Below are positions 41,601 through 52,994 of a stretch of DNA of 64,000 bases, in pieces. The notes under the pieces were generated by a model. That model was not told the DNA's origin and did not search any database. It worked only from the letters and a program-made list of their open reading frames with translations. Each line of letters begins with the position of its first letter. Positions within the stretch are counted from its first letter, which is position 1. Source of the stretch: Balanoglossus misakiensis (taxonomy: Eukaryota > Animalia > Hemichordata). The stretch spans positions 7,142,202 through 7,206,201 of the forward strand of contig CM082588.2 of NCBI GenBank assembly GCA_040954595.2, read 5' to 3'. The position numbers and the translations under genes are program-made.

Positions 41601-44600
41601 AAGCAGCATTGTGAATGGGTTATGTAATGACTGGGGGGTAGGTAGAAGACTTGGCACCCATTTCTCAGTTAGTTCCAAAACCATCCTAGTCATGAGAAGC
41701 AGTCATGTCGTTTCGGAAAATGAGGTTCGACAGTCTGATTATCGTTCTGTGCAGTTTTGCCATCCAGTATCTGTCCATAGGCAGTATGATCTCAACGAGC
41801 ATCTTCTACATCGAGTTCAAAGATTATTTCCAAGAAAGGGCCAGCACTACCGCGTGGATCAACTCGGTTTCTGTGAGTGTGTGCTCTCTTACAGGTAGGT
41901 GTTAAAGTTAGATTTTATTGACCTGCTGAATTTTCATCTCTCTCTCTCTCTCTCTCTCCAACACATCCAATTGTTTTCCATTTTGATACATGAAAACAAA
42001 AAGAAACATTGTCTTATAGTTTACGTCTCTCAGTGAATTGGAGGAAAATACTTGTATCCTGTTTCGGCTTTCCCTTCGATATAAAACGGCCATTCACTGT
42101 AACTTTCTCACTGTTCGATATTGTTTTGATCAAACTATTAAAATTTTCAGCAAAATATCAAAAATTTATGTCTTTGTAGACAGCATATTAAACTCATTCA
42201 ACTTTTTCACATTTTGTTACATTTTTTCTGTAACAGAATGACCCAGTATAGCTTGTGAACTTCCATTTCTTAAACATGCCAAAAATCGGCCATCTTGAAA
42301 ATGTGTCGATTATGAGATTTTCATCACTCACCTAGGTAGCAAAAACCTATTTAATGTAGCGAGAATTGGGAAACATTTAGTTTATTTCTATTGATTTGTT
42401 TTGTTCTGTTTTTTACCTGCAGGACCAAGAGAATGTGTGAACATTTATAAATTTGTGTTGTTCTGTTTTTACCTACAGGTCCAATTGCTAGTATGCTTGT
42501 GAACAGATACTGTGTAAGGACTGTTGCAGTTATGGGCGGAGTTTTAGCAACGGTTGGGATGTTTCTCAGTGTTTTTGCAAATCATATTGCAATGCTGTAT
42601 TTAACCATCGGAATAATGACAGGTATTTCACCATGGTTACTCATCTCAATCAATAATGGAACAGTACAACCACTGTTTGCTATTTTTTAGTATTTATGTT
42701 TTGTGTGTCAAATGTACTTGGCATTTTCTTTCATACAAATAAGCAATTTGATATTAATAATATTTAATGTTAAAGGTCCAACAGCTGCCATTTTTTCATT
42801 TTTTATGATTTCAATTTTCGAACATAGATTTTAGTGATTTAACAGGTGGGTATACACCAACATATTATCAACCTCTGATTTTGGCTGTATATGTAAATAT
42901 AAACAAGTTAACTAATAAATGAGTGCCACACTCATTTATTCAGCTGACCCTTGCAAGAGTAATAACTATAATAGCATAAGCACATGGTATTAAGATCCCC
43001 ATAAAGTCAAAATACACTGTGATGTCATTTGTCGACTAAGGATAAGGAGAAGATTTACGTATTTCATATGGTAAAAGCGGCAGCTATTGGAGCTTTAAAC
43101 AGATGTTCAAATGGCAAAAATGTTCCGCCTATACACTCCTATAGCCTCAGGTTACATCTATTGAAGACAGCATATTGACATTTTTAACAAAATATAGAAT
43201 TTTCTCTTCTGACAGGTATGGGCTATGGTTTGTCATACGGTCCCAGTATAGTGATCATCAGACAATATTTTGACAAATACTACAGTACTGTCAATGGATT
43301 AGCGGCTACCGGAGTTGCCGTCGGAATAATGGTATTCCCACCCCTCTACCAGATTTTGATTGACAATTATGGATGGAGAGGAGCTCTCCTGATTATTGCT
43401 GGCATTAATTCTCACGTCATTATCTGCGGTCTTTTGATGCGAGACAAAAAAGACGGTGATCAAGAAAAAGTTGCGAGCAAAGAACAAATGCGTTTGCAAA
43501 GCAACGCCCACAAACCCCAACAACAAGAATCTGACAGTGATGAAAATTCCGGCCTCTTTGCGAATCCGGATTGGACTGCGTCATCCGAGATCCGGAAAGT
43601 AGACGTTGTTATCGACTGTGGGGAAAATGTGAACGACAGCATCACGAATATTAAATGCAGAATTTCTGAAGAGAGAGGAAACGGACCTGGAGAAAAACGT
43701 ACGACACTTCGGCAAGTCTGTGATGGAATAACCAGGCTTTTTGCCTGTCCGTACACTGTAGTCATGTGCGCTGTGGCTTTTCTGTCCGGCTTTGGTTTCC
43801 TCACGGGCATGATTCACTTTCTGGCCAAAGTCGTCGATTCGGGAATCTCCACGCTGGACGCGTCGTTCCTCATCACGATCAACGGCATGTGTACGCTGCT
43901 CGGCAAGCTCTTCAACGGACTCATGGTGGACTTAGCGAACCTCTCACCAGACTTAGTCTTTGGCAGCCATCTTTTCTTCACAGCCATATCGCTGCTACTC
44001 ATCCCCTTTGCAACCAGCTACGCCGAATACGCCATTCTCTCTGGCGTATTCGGCTACGCGTCGGGAGTCTACTTTGGGATAATTCCGGTCTGTCTGAACC
44101 GTCACATGACTCTCGAGAACTCAACGAATGCCCTGGGTTGGATATTTTTCTGTTGCGGTATTGGGAACTTTCTCGGCCCACCCTCTGCAGGTACGTGACA
44201 TAGTCATTGTCCCTTTAATGTCATGAATGGGTTAAAGGGGAAGTTCAGTCTAGCTGAGTAAGTTGTTGAAGCCCTAGAATAGAGGGTGTTCCCATTCTAC
44301 TTTTTCAGATAGAGGGTTTAAAATATTGTGAAAATGCTGAGTCAGTATCTTTCTTCAAATCCCTATGCTTCAGTTTTTCTGTATCTCAAAGGATCTATCA
44401 AAAATTCAAGCATGGTGACATAGGGTTTCCTTTACATCTTTTAACAAAGCTACTAATTTTTATGTTAAAGAGACATTAGCTTTAAATTTTGGCTATTCTG
44501 TGTACGGAATGCAATTTTCTTGTTCTACTCTAAAGGTCTTGCTAATATTCCCAGTAGCCTGCTTTTCAACATAGCCTTATGTGTGTAATGGCCACTGTTA

Positions 44601-47600
44601 TTGTTGACAAATGAATTATAGTCTGTACTTGAATTCAAATGTTTGCACAATAATAATTCTGACTATACACATACATGTATAGGGTATGTTAATAAGCTAG
44701 ATACTGGGCATTTCATCATGCTTCAGTAATTTGAACAATTAACTCCAGTAGATACAATACTGAAAACATAGGGATAATTTACATCTAATGGAGCTTTAAT
44801 TATGTTTCTTATTACCACATTAGGTTGGATTTACGACTCATCAGGAGACTACAACCTTTCGTTCTACATGGCTGGTGGCTTGTTCCTTCTTGCTACCCTG
44901 ATGATGTCATTGTTTTGTGGATACGAGAAATGTGCATCCAAAATGAAACCATCTACAAAGAGTGTCAGTTTATAGCGAGCATTCTGTGACCAGCAGAAGT
45001 AGATCATGGACATGCGAGAACATTGAAAGAATACATTAAAAGAATTTGGAGACGAAAAGACTCTCATACATTCTCTTCAAATGTGTGCGTCAGAGAACGC
45101 CGGACCCAAAGCAAACTTTTATCGCGAGAAATGTATGGCGTACTGTACATTTGAGAATTGAGATACTCTGTCTGTATGGACTTTGAAAACAACAGAGTGC
45201 TACTGAACATTAAATCAGACTTTTAGCCTTTTTTTACGTCTAGATCTTGTCTGCAAACTATTGTATATTTGATATCAGTTTTTTTAGTTGATTTCATTAT
45301 TAAAGTAACACTTTCCAAACCTGAACATTTCATTATTTTGTATGGCAAATAAAACTTTAAAAAACCTAACTAAGATACGACCTTACCACAGAAAACAATG
45401 GATTTAGACCAAACTATTATGGTGACATGGTTATGGCCGTGTTTACAATGTTCTTGACAATTCTGGCAGGAAATCTATAAAGTATACATTAAATACCACT
45501 TGTATACTATATTTGAAACACAAACGATAACTGACACCGTTATCTGCTTAAAGAAACTCAACCTCTGAACCAAAGGACAGGTACCAGATGATAATTCTGA
45601 CAAAATCGCGCATAGTCATTGCTTCGATATTTTTTGCTGTCAACCAAATATTTGAATAACCGAATAATGTAAAGGTCGGTATTGGAGCAGATTAGTTTGG
45701 GTGTATGGAACTGTGTCGCATTCGTCTGCATTGCGATTGAGTTCGTTGTTTGGTCTGAAATTTCAGTTACAGGCACTAACAACTATTACTGGTATATCTG
45801 CATGTGTTACTCGATTTAGAGTTCTTTTAGTTTATCAATACATGTAAGTTGGACATCAGATACTGGACAATTCTATAAAGGCAGACATGGATGAACTGAC
45901 TTGGCGTAATGTTATGATTGCCATCTCTTCCTTCGCTGTGCAATTACTGACGTTCGGCAGCATATCATCTGTGAGTGTCTTTTACTTAGCGTTGAGAAGT
46001 TACTTCCAAGAAGATGCGCAGAAAATAACCTGGATGACCTCAATCTGTCAGGGCACCACACTTATATCAGGTAGGTCACAGACATATATGTACGACTGAA
46101 ATGTCCAACACAATAACTATATTATTCAGAACTAATTCCGGAATTTCCGATCATTTTTCATAATTTCCTTTTCGAATTAGATTTTCATCAACAGAAATAT
46201 TAAGTGTTGCCATCACCTTGATGCAACTGTATCAGATACCAGTCAGTTCCTTGATATGTTCATATATTTTCTTTTAAAAATCAGCTGAACTGATGTTGCC
46301 CTCGCTAACATGTGTTATTATTTGAATAACACATCATCTTTCTTTTCAACAGGACCTGTGGCAAGTGCATTAATCAGCAAATTTGGAGTCAGGCCTGTTG
46401 TTACTGCAGGCGGACTGATACTAACAGGTGGTATTGTGATCAGTACTTTTGCAAGTGACATCCGTAGCTTGTATTTTTCATACGGATTGCTGGCAGGTAA
46501 ATGTAGTTCTGTTTTGTTACTAGATCCCAATATTTACCAACAACATTTCTAAATACAAGACAATCTCACAAGCTTAAGTAAAAAAAATTTAAGTGAATTC
46601 AATTATACCATGCAGTCCAGAATGAGTACTAGTTCAAAGAAATTGAAAAAGATACAAAATGAATACCTGTACCCTATTTCCGAAGGGCATAGGAAAGTTT
46701 TTTTTTAATTTTGACATAATACCAAATAGACATGCATTCCAGTATTGGTAATGCAACATGGCATTTAAAGTTTAGTTTCAAATGTAAAATAATGAAAATA
46801 AATGTGAACATTTGCTATAATTTCTCCAAAAACATGCTCTCTCAGGCTGAATTGTGAAATAATGAAGCTAATCTTTTACTAATCTTACTACAGGTATGGG
46901 CAATGGTTTGTCATATGGTCCCGGTATAGTGATCATTAGGCAATACTATGAGAAGTACTACAGTACGGTCAATGGATTAGCAGCTACCGGAGTTGCTGTC
47001 GGAATTATGGTATTTCCGCCCCTCTACCAGATTTTGATTGACAGTTATGGATGGAGAGGAGCTCTCCTGATTATTGCCGCCATTAATTCTCACGTCATTA
47101 TCTGCGGTCTTTTGATGCGAGACAACAGAGAGAGTAATCAAGAAAAAATTCCAAGAAATAAAGAAAGTCACATTAATGCTGAAACGTCGAAATTTCTGCC
47201 AAATGATGTCACCACGAACCACGAAGTCGTCGTTTCCACAGAACAGGAAAATAAATTTGCGAAAGATTTGACACATAACAGGACATCATCCAGAGAAACT
47301 ATGCAGAGTCATCCGAGATCTCGACACAACCAGAGTACCGCATACTTTGGTTTGAACTTGTTTTGCGCCCCCTTTTTCATCGTAATGTGCTGTGCGACCC
47401 TAGTGGTCGGTATTGGCATGTTGACCGCGATGATCTTCATCATTCCAAAAGCTGTAACGCTCGGTGTGGAACCCCTCAATGCGACTTTTCTGCACACAAT
47501 AATGGGCATCTGCTCGTTGTTTGGTCGATTATTCCACGGCAGTTTGGTAGACTGTGCCAAACTATCTCCAGTGATGGTCTACTGCAGTCATCTGTTTTTA

Positions 47601-50600
47601 GCCGGAGTGGCCCTGACATTGATTCCTGTGGGCCACACTTATGCTGTTTTCGCCTTACTCTGGGGAGTCTTTGGTTACAGCATTGGAGTCTACTTTCCGC
47701 TCATTCCAGTCACTCTCAGATATAAGCTAGGGGGTCAGCATTTTTCAAGCGCAGTTGGATGGTCCTATTTGTTTGGGGGCATAGGATCTCTGATTGGCCC
47801 ACCTGTTGCTGGTAAGTATGCGACCTACAATTTGTGCCTCTGACTTTCATAAATAGGACAAATATTTGTGCAAGTCACATGAATTATCACTACCTTAAAT
47901 AGGTGTTTACTACTTAGGTTAGTGATAAAAATCTCACATGTATGATAGAATTTCAAGATGGCCGATTTCTATCGTGTTTAATAAATGAGAGTTCAGAAGC
48001 TAAATTATTATTGTTAGGCCAAACTGAAATGTCAGCGCTGGAAAAATAACAATTATATGAAAAGTTTTATATCTTTTTTCTCTTCTCTTAGGTTTGATAT
48101 ATGATGTCTCTCACAACTATGACCACTGTTTTTTCTTGGCTGGGGCCTCATACATCATCTCTGCCATCATTGTTGCACTGTACTATGCATACGACAGATG
48201 TACATCAAGAATTGAGAGCTTTGATGTACACAGACAGACGGACAACCCAGAGAACTCTCATCTGCATTAACCCTTTCACCACCATGGTTCAGTCCAAACC
48301 TTTTGTTTTCTACGGTAAGGTTGGACCTCCAAAGAGGAAACTGGGGGTGAAAGGGTTAACCCGCAACACATCAAGCTGCAAGGAATGAAAACTCTTGGCT
48401 GGACAACAGCAGATGCATAAAGTTTATTGGAACCATGGTCTCTGGGATGCAACTTTATGTTATCAGCTATAAGGCTAAAGAAAGTAGTTTTAGCTTTGCA
48501 TCCTCATATTTTTTGTATGACATATTTTGACATACCTTGGCTGGACTGATTTCCAGATGTTAATGTTATTGTTTGGTTCCCATTTAGTAGTACCATTACT
48601 CCAAGCGAGTCCCCATTCTGTAATTCAAAATAACGACATTCAGATGAATTTAATAATTTTCAAGGGAGTTATTCATAAACAACCTGATGCTATTGTGCGT
48701 TGTGTATTTTCACTGTAAATATAAACTGACAGTGTCAAGTTACGTTATTCTAACCATTTCACCCCAGTTCTGTCTTCAGAGGTCCAACCTTACCATAGAA
48801 AACAATGGGTTTGGACTAAACCATGGTGGTGGAAGGGTTAAAGTTTGTTATGATGCATTGAATATTGCCAAATTTGCTAAACAGAGTCAGGTTGTGTCGT
48901 AAAGAGATGTTGACAATAGAAGACATATGAAACGCAAAGGGGAAAAAAACTCTGCTAAACACAGCTTTGGTTTCAAATGTAAATAAAGTTCAATTCAGAA
49001 AGAATCACTTGTTTTTATCTCAGCGATAATAGGATTACAAATTATCAGGATTAACAAAACATGAAATAAAACAAAACAATGTTTATTTTGATTGCCGTCA
49101 GCTGTGCAGTAACCACAGGCTTAGTGCCTTTCATCAATGTTTATGCCGCACAAGGTTATTGAGATTTGTCTACAGGCAAATTTTACCATATGTTTTTCCA
49201 CAAATCCTATGATATTTGCCTCTAGACAAGATAAAATCTTGGAAATGTCTCTTTGAACATGAAATCAATGGCTGTTACTACCAGATTCAAATATTATCTA
49301 GTAATATAAAACAAATGTTTTGTCCATTACTATAATCAATTTTCCATCTGGCTCAATTTGCCTGTCGGACATCTCACTTACACATGAAAACACATCAAAC
49401 AGAAACATCTAAACAAAAACAGAAATAGGCAAACTATCAAAAACAGAAATTGTGATCATCAATCCTCCATTTCATTTACATGTTGGCTTGTGGAGTGACT
49501 GGTTTTTATTCTCTGACAAATTATTTGCTGGAAATGTCTGTCGTCAAGCCACCCAAGGTTATATAAATTTCACCTATCCAACACCAGTTTGGTCTGGTCC
49601 AATTATTTTCAAAGTGTGTATATGGACTCATCCATGAGCAAAGAGGGGTGACCATGTTGAAGTTCACACATTTGGACACTACTCCATCAAACTGACAGTT
49701 ACAAACTAAACTGTAAAATGAACAGTAGTAGGTTTTAATTACTCAAACTAATTAGATAATTCTTAGGTTCCAAATTTATATTGAAACACATACACATGCC
49801 CGATACACGAACTTGATGACTCGTAGACTGAAAAGTTAATTTGTCATTTTATCTTGTTGTGAATCACGGTCAGACAGCTGAGTGATATCAAATTCAATTT
49901 CCTTCATATAGTGGTACAATAGCATGCAAACTTGTCAAAGATATTAAATTGTGCATTTTATCTGAAAATCTGAAATATGTTATCTCACAGCGTTTCAGAT
50001 AAAAGGATGTTTTGTTCCTGTGTGGTTTATCTCTATCAGTTTTCCTTCACAATTTTATGAAAGCCTGAATTTTCAGCAACTTTTGATATTTTCATAAAGA
50101 CCGGTGACTTTGTACAAAAGATGAATAGGACTGAATGAATCAATTATCTGTTTATCTAAATCGGTGATTTATGACGTCAGTTGGAGAAAATCTACAGTGG
50201 TTGGTTGTTAATGATGTCAGTCTCTGGTATGCGTGAAAAAAGTGCATTTGTATGAAAATTCTGTGGGTAACCGTTTATTCATTTTGGACGAGTATTTACT
50301 CTCATATCCTACAAACAGGATGGAAGTTGTGCGTGGTTGAACGTTCATTCACTACATATCCACATGTAGAGTAACATAAACAGTGTCTTGTATCAAACAT
50401 AATTAATGGAAAAAGGGCAGCAAGAGAGACTTTGTCCCTTTAATGTCACTTTATGCTTGAGCTGAATAAAAAATACAATACAGTATTTCTTTGATGTACT
50501 TGGCTTTAGTCTGACAGCCAAGTACATCAAAGAACTACTGTATTGTATTTCTGTGGTCTACAGATCTACTACTACCATGACATCATTATAATTTTACCTG

Positions 50601-52391
50601 GTGCTGATTGAAACTGCCGTCAAGATTATTCATTGACCTCTGAACTTTTGTGATCATTTGCATACTGTGATCCATTTTCCCCTGCAGCATCCAATGGAGG
50701 ACCAGAATTCCAAATAAACCGAGGCATATCTGTACACACTCAGGGTTGTGTCCAGCCAGCCATTGTAAGATGCGTGTGATGTCATCATCTGACTGTAAAA
50801 CTGAAAATGTCTCTAAGTCTTCCGTGTTACGTCGGACACATAACTTCTTAACTGGGAACAGAAAATAACAGGGACTACTGTAAAACGGGTTATTTTCGCG
50901 ACAGGAAATTTTCGCGATATCAAAAGAGGCAACTGTTACGCGAGGATTAATTTTCGCGCTCTCGTATTTCACTAAATGCATCGTTATCCCCGAAAAACAT
51001 TTTTAAGCGAGTTTTTATTTTTGCGTTGTGTTGGCTCTCTTGTATTTTGCGAAAATTTATTGCTCACGAAAATAACCCGTTTTACAGTATTTCAGTATTT
51101 TGTACACAAAAGAGGTACATATGTTTTTGTGTTGACCTTTCAATGGTTTTCTGTATGACCATTCACTCATTTTGCAATTCTTCTAACTTTTATCTAGCTT
51201 TAAAGTTCACCTGACCTTTGAAGTGGTTGAACAAAAGATTATTGAACTCTCTGCCGTATCTAACGAGTATTCTTGTCAAATTTATACTCCTTTCTAACTT
51301 TCTCTTTCTGGAATCGAAGTTTACAGATAATAGCAATTATAAAAATTTTCACATTTTACCTCTGAGTAGGCTGTTCTGTATGTGTTGTCCTAGACAGTCC
51401 TCTGCAGTGAATTGATGGTGTTGAGTTATAAGTAAACACAAAGCATAGTTGTAACTCACGGCTAATTCAATGTAAATGGTGTGTACATTAACAGAAAGTC
51501 CTGTAAGAGATGATCAGAGAGTAGAAGTTACAGTGATGTCTATAATTTTAGTTTCGTTTGTTGTGTGTGCATTTCACTAACGGCATATGATAAATGTTGA
51601 AACGACCCAAAACGCCCGTTTCCTTGAGGAAATGGCTCGTTTCAGTTGGTTTATGGTCTTTTGGCTCATTTTGGCCCGTTCTGGGTCGTTTCAACATGTA
51701 TCATATGCCTTTCACTAACCCATGAGCAGCAAAACCTTGCAAAAATCATCTGTGAGTTGTGACTAAAATAAATGATATGGATGTCTGGATAATGAAAAAC
51801 TCACCTATGACCCTATTGACTAGATCTCTTAATTCTTCAACGTGGGTTAATTTAATTCTGTCCAATTCTTGCATATCCTGATTAAGGAAAGAATATGTAA
51901 GACTAAGAGTAGTAGTTAGATATGACAAGACAATGCCTTAATATTTCCATGTGTATGTTTTGTGCTACAATCATCAAGATGGAATAAAATTCAATTCGTT
52001 ATATGTATCTCGTACTGTAGACTTTACACTATGCACCACGACTCAAAATTCACTCTATCCCATTTCCATGCTCCCATCTGCAATCATCATGATCAATCCT
52101 TTCGCCCGATGTACAGTGTAATGTAGTGTAGTTTACCTGTATCACTTCACAGATGTACCGGTTGTTTTTCCTGATGAAGTCATCGACTATGTCATATTTC
52201 TTGGAGGATCTTGCTGTGAAAACCGATTTCGCTCTTCTGAAGTGTCCGCAAAGGATGTGCTTGATACCTCGGGTCAAGGAATTGTCCTCCATAGTTGTTT
52301 CATCACATTCTGAAAAGGAACAGGCTATCGGAAACTCGGTTAGTTTACAACGGTGTCTCAGGTGATTACTAAAAGTTGAACTGTCCGCCAT
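35160..52391 (-). CDS. FANCG: Fanconi anemia group G protein (TPR repeats). Exons: 52391-52137, 51877-51805, 51500-51360, 50851-50598, [49827-49794 tentative], 39785-39639, 39286-39144, 38743-38597, 38102-37924, 37556-37490, 37075-36547, 36125-35967, 35548-35392, 35271-35160
   Basis: Segments are colinear with human FANCG as I recall it: GLSVNVHTIYIELAVSYN~GLPAAVPVLPLELTVTCN; YKQLRWYDAELETWNLL~YQQLGDTTAELESLELL; MARRCLDLQRYDVASQRYLDLMA~[44 protein letters not shown]...AVTNW~[20 protein letters not shown]...ATALW. Splice phases are consistent, provided one small phase 0-to-1 exon near 49.6-49.8 kb is used. Confidence 0.85.
35559..35610. repeat. (AAAT)n microsatellite at the acceptor of the penultimate FANCG exon
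   Basis: Read directly. Confidence 0.9.
35786..35942 (+). repeat. Dispersed repeat end (..GAATTTCTTATTCTG..CCTTAA)
   Basis: A similar ~155-nt copy lies at ~62259-62416. Confidence 0.7.
37652..37874. mobile_element. MITE with ~25-nt TIR
   Basis: ATAGGCCATTTTCATGACCCCTACA ... TGTAGGGGTCATGAAAATTACCTAT. Confidence 0.65.
41705..44975 (+). CDS. SLC16/monocarboxylate-transporter-like MFS protein 1, 486 aa, nested in a FANCG intron; exons 41705-41894, 42479-42622, 43216-44190, 44824-44975
   Basis: Continuous 1461-nt frame with all introns phase 1. SLC16-type motifs: GPIASMLVNRYCVR, QYFDKYYSTVNGLAATG, YGWRGALLIIAG, a long polar central loop, LGPPSAGWIYDSSGDYNLSF. Confidence 0.9.
42770..43098. mobile_element. 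TTAA-flanked MITE (Kolobok-like)
   Basis: TTAAAGGTCCAACAGCTGCC ... GGCAGCTATTGGAGCTTTAA. Confidence 0.65.
45887..48270 (+). CDS. SLC16/monocarboxylate-transporter-like MFS protein 2, 474 aa, nested in a FANCG intron; exons 45887-46070, 46353-46496, 46894-47811, 48092-48270
   Basis: Same exon structure as paralogue 1 (144-nt exon 2). Motifs GPVASALISKFGVR, YGWRGALL, IGPPVAGLIYDVSHNYD; stop TAA at 48268-48270. Confidence 0.9.
48267..48359 (+). mobile_element. piggyBac-like MITE P1 whose TTAA target overlaps the SLC16-2 stop codon
   Basis: CAT TAA CCCTTTCACC...GGTGAAAGGG TTAA. Confidence 0.8.
48750..48841 (-). mobile_element. MITE P1, reverse copy
   Basis: Reverse complement of the 48267-48359 family (..GAAAACAATGGGTTTGGACTAAACCATGGTGGTGGAAGGGTTAA). 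Confidence 0.75.
50471..50550. repeat. 80-nt near-perfect hairpin (35-bp stem, 1 mismatch, 10-nt loop)
   Basis: aaatacaatacagtatttctttgatgtacttggct-ttagtctgac-agccaagtacatcaaagaactactgtattgtattt. Confidence 0.85.
50876..51089. mobile_element. MITE family T1 with a perfect 23-nt TIR
   Basis: TACTGTAAAACGGGTTATTTTCG ... CGAAAATAACCCGTTTTACAGTA. Confidence 0.8.
51582..51709. mobile_element. Mutator-like MITE with a 10-bp target-site duplication
   Basis: TIR GGCATATGATAAATGTTGAAACGACCC / GGGTCGTTTCAACATGTATCATATGCC, flanked by TTTCACTAAC at 51572-51581 and 51710-51719. Confidence 0.8.
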
Positions 52392-52727
52392 TCAAGAAAG
52401 GTCGAAGGTCAAAGGTTACACGCTAAAATCGCTATTATTCACTGAAAATTTGCGTTATTGAACATGGTATTGATTTAGATGATACAAGCCATATACATTG
52501 TCAACTTATACTGTGTAATATGATTTGTAAATAAACAGAAATGAGGAAACGACACCAAAAAACAACTGGTCAGGTCAATTTGAAAACGAGGCTGAAGGAA
52601 TCCCCGAAGTTTGTCGTCATCCTCATCGGAGTGTCCCAGGTCTGTGGCTATCTCTGCGAGGCTAGGTTGTTCCGCCAAAAACTACGTACACGAGTGTTCC
52701 GCAGCCATATTTTCCACAAAAGATAAG
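52392..52727. promoter_or_regulatory. Probable bidirectional promoter region FANCG/LSM10, including a likely non-coding LSM10 first exon (donor GT at 52728)
   Basis: The ATGs diverge at 52391 (-) and 53363 (+). A donor AG|GTAAAT sits at 52727/52728 and an acceptor TTTTCAATTCAG| at 53312. Confidence 0.55.
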
Positions 52728-52909
52728 GTAAATACAAGCAGAGCTTGCTTGTCGACGATATGATTTTACGGATCGGGCATATTATTTGAGTGGGGTGCGG
52801 GGAAATCCCCTTGTTCGCTTTATACGTTGATAGCATAGACTGGGGTGCCAATGACGTCCATAGTACCACATACATGTACGTCCATGCTTCTAGGTTCATG
52901 GACCATTGT

Positions 52910-52994
52910 TGCTGTAGGAACACAGCTATTTGATTGGGGGGTGCTTGCCTCCCCCCTGCATACACACACCAAATAGCTGTGTTTCCAATGCAGC
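52910..52994. repeat. Foldback repeat (GCTGT.GGAACACAGCT...AGCTGTGTTTCC..CAGCT)
   Basis: Same family as the palindrome at 61821-61925. Confidence 0.6.
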
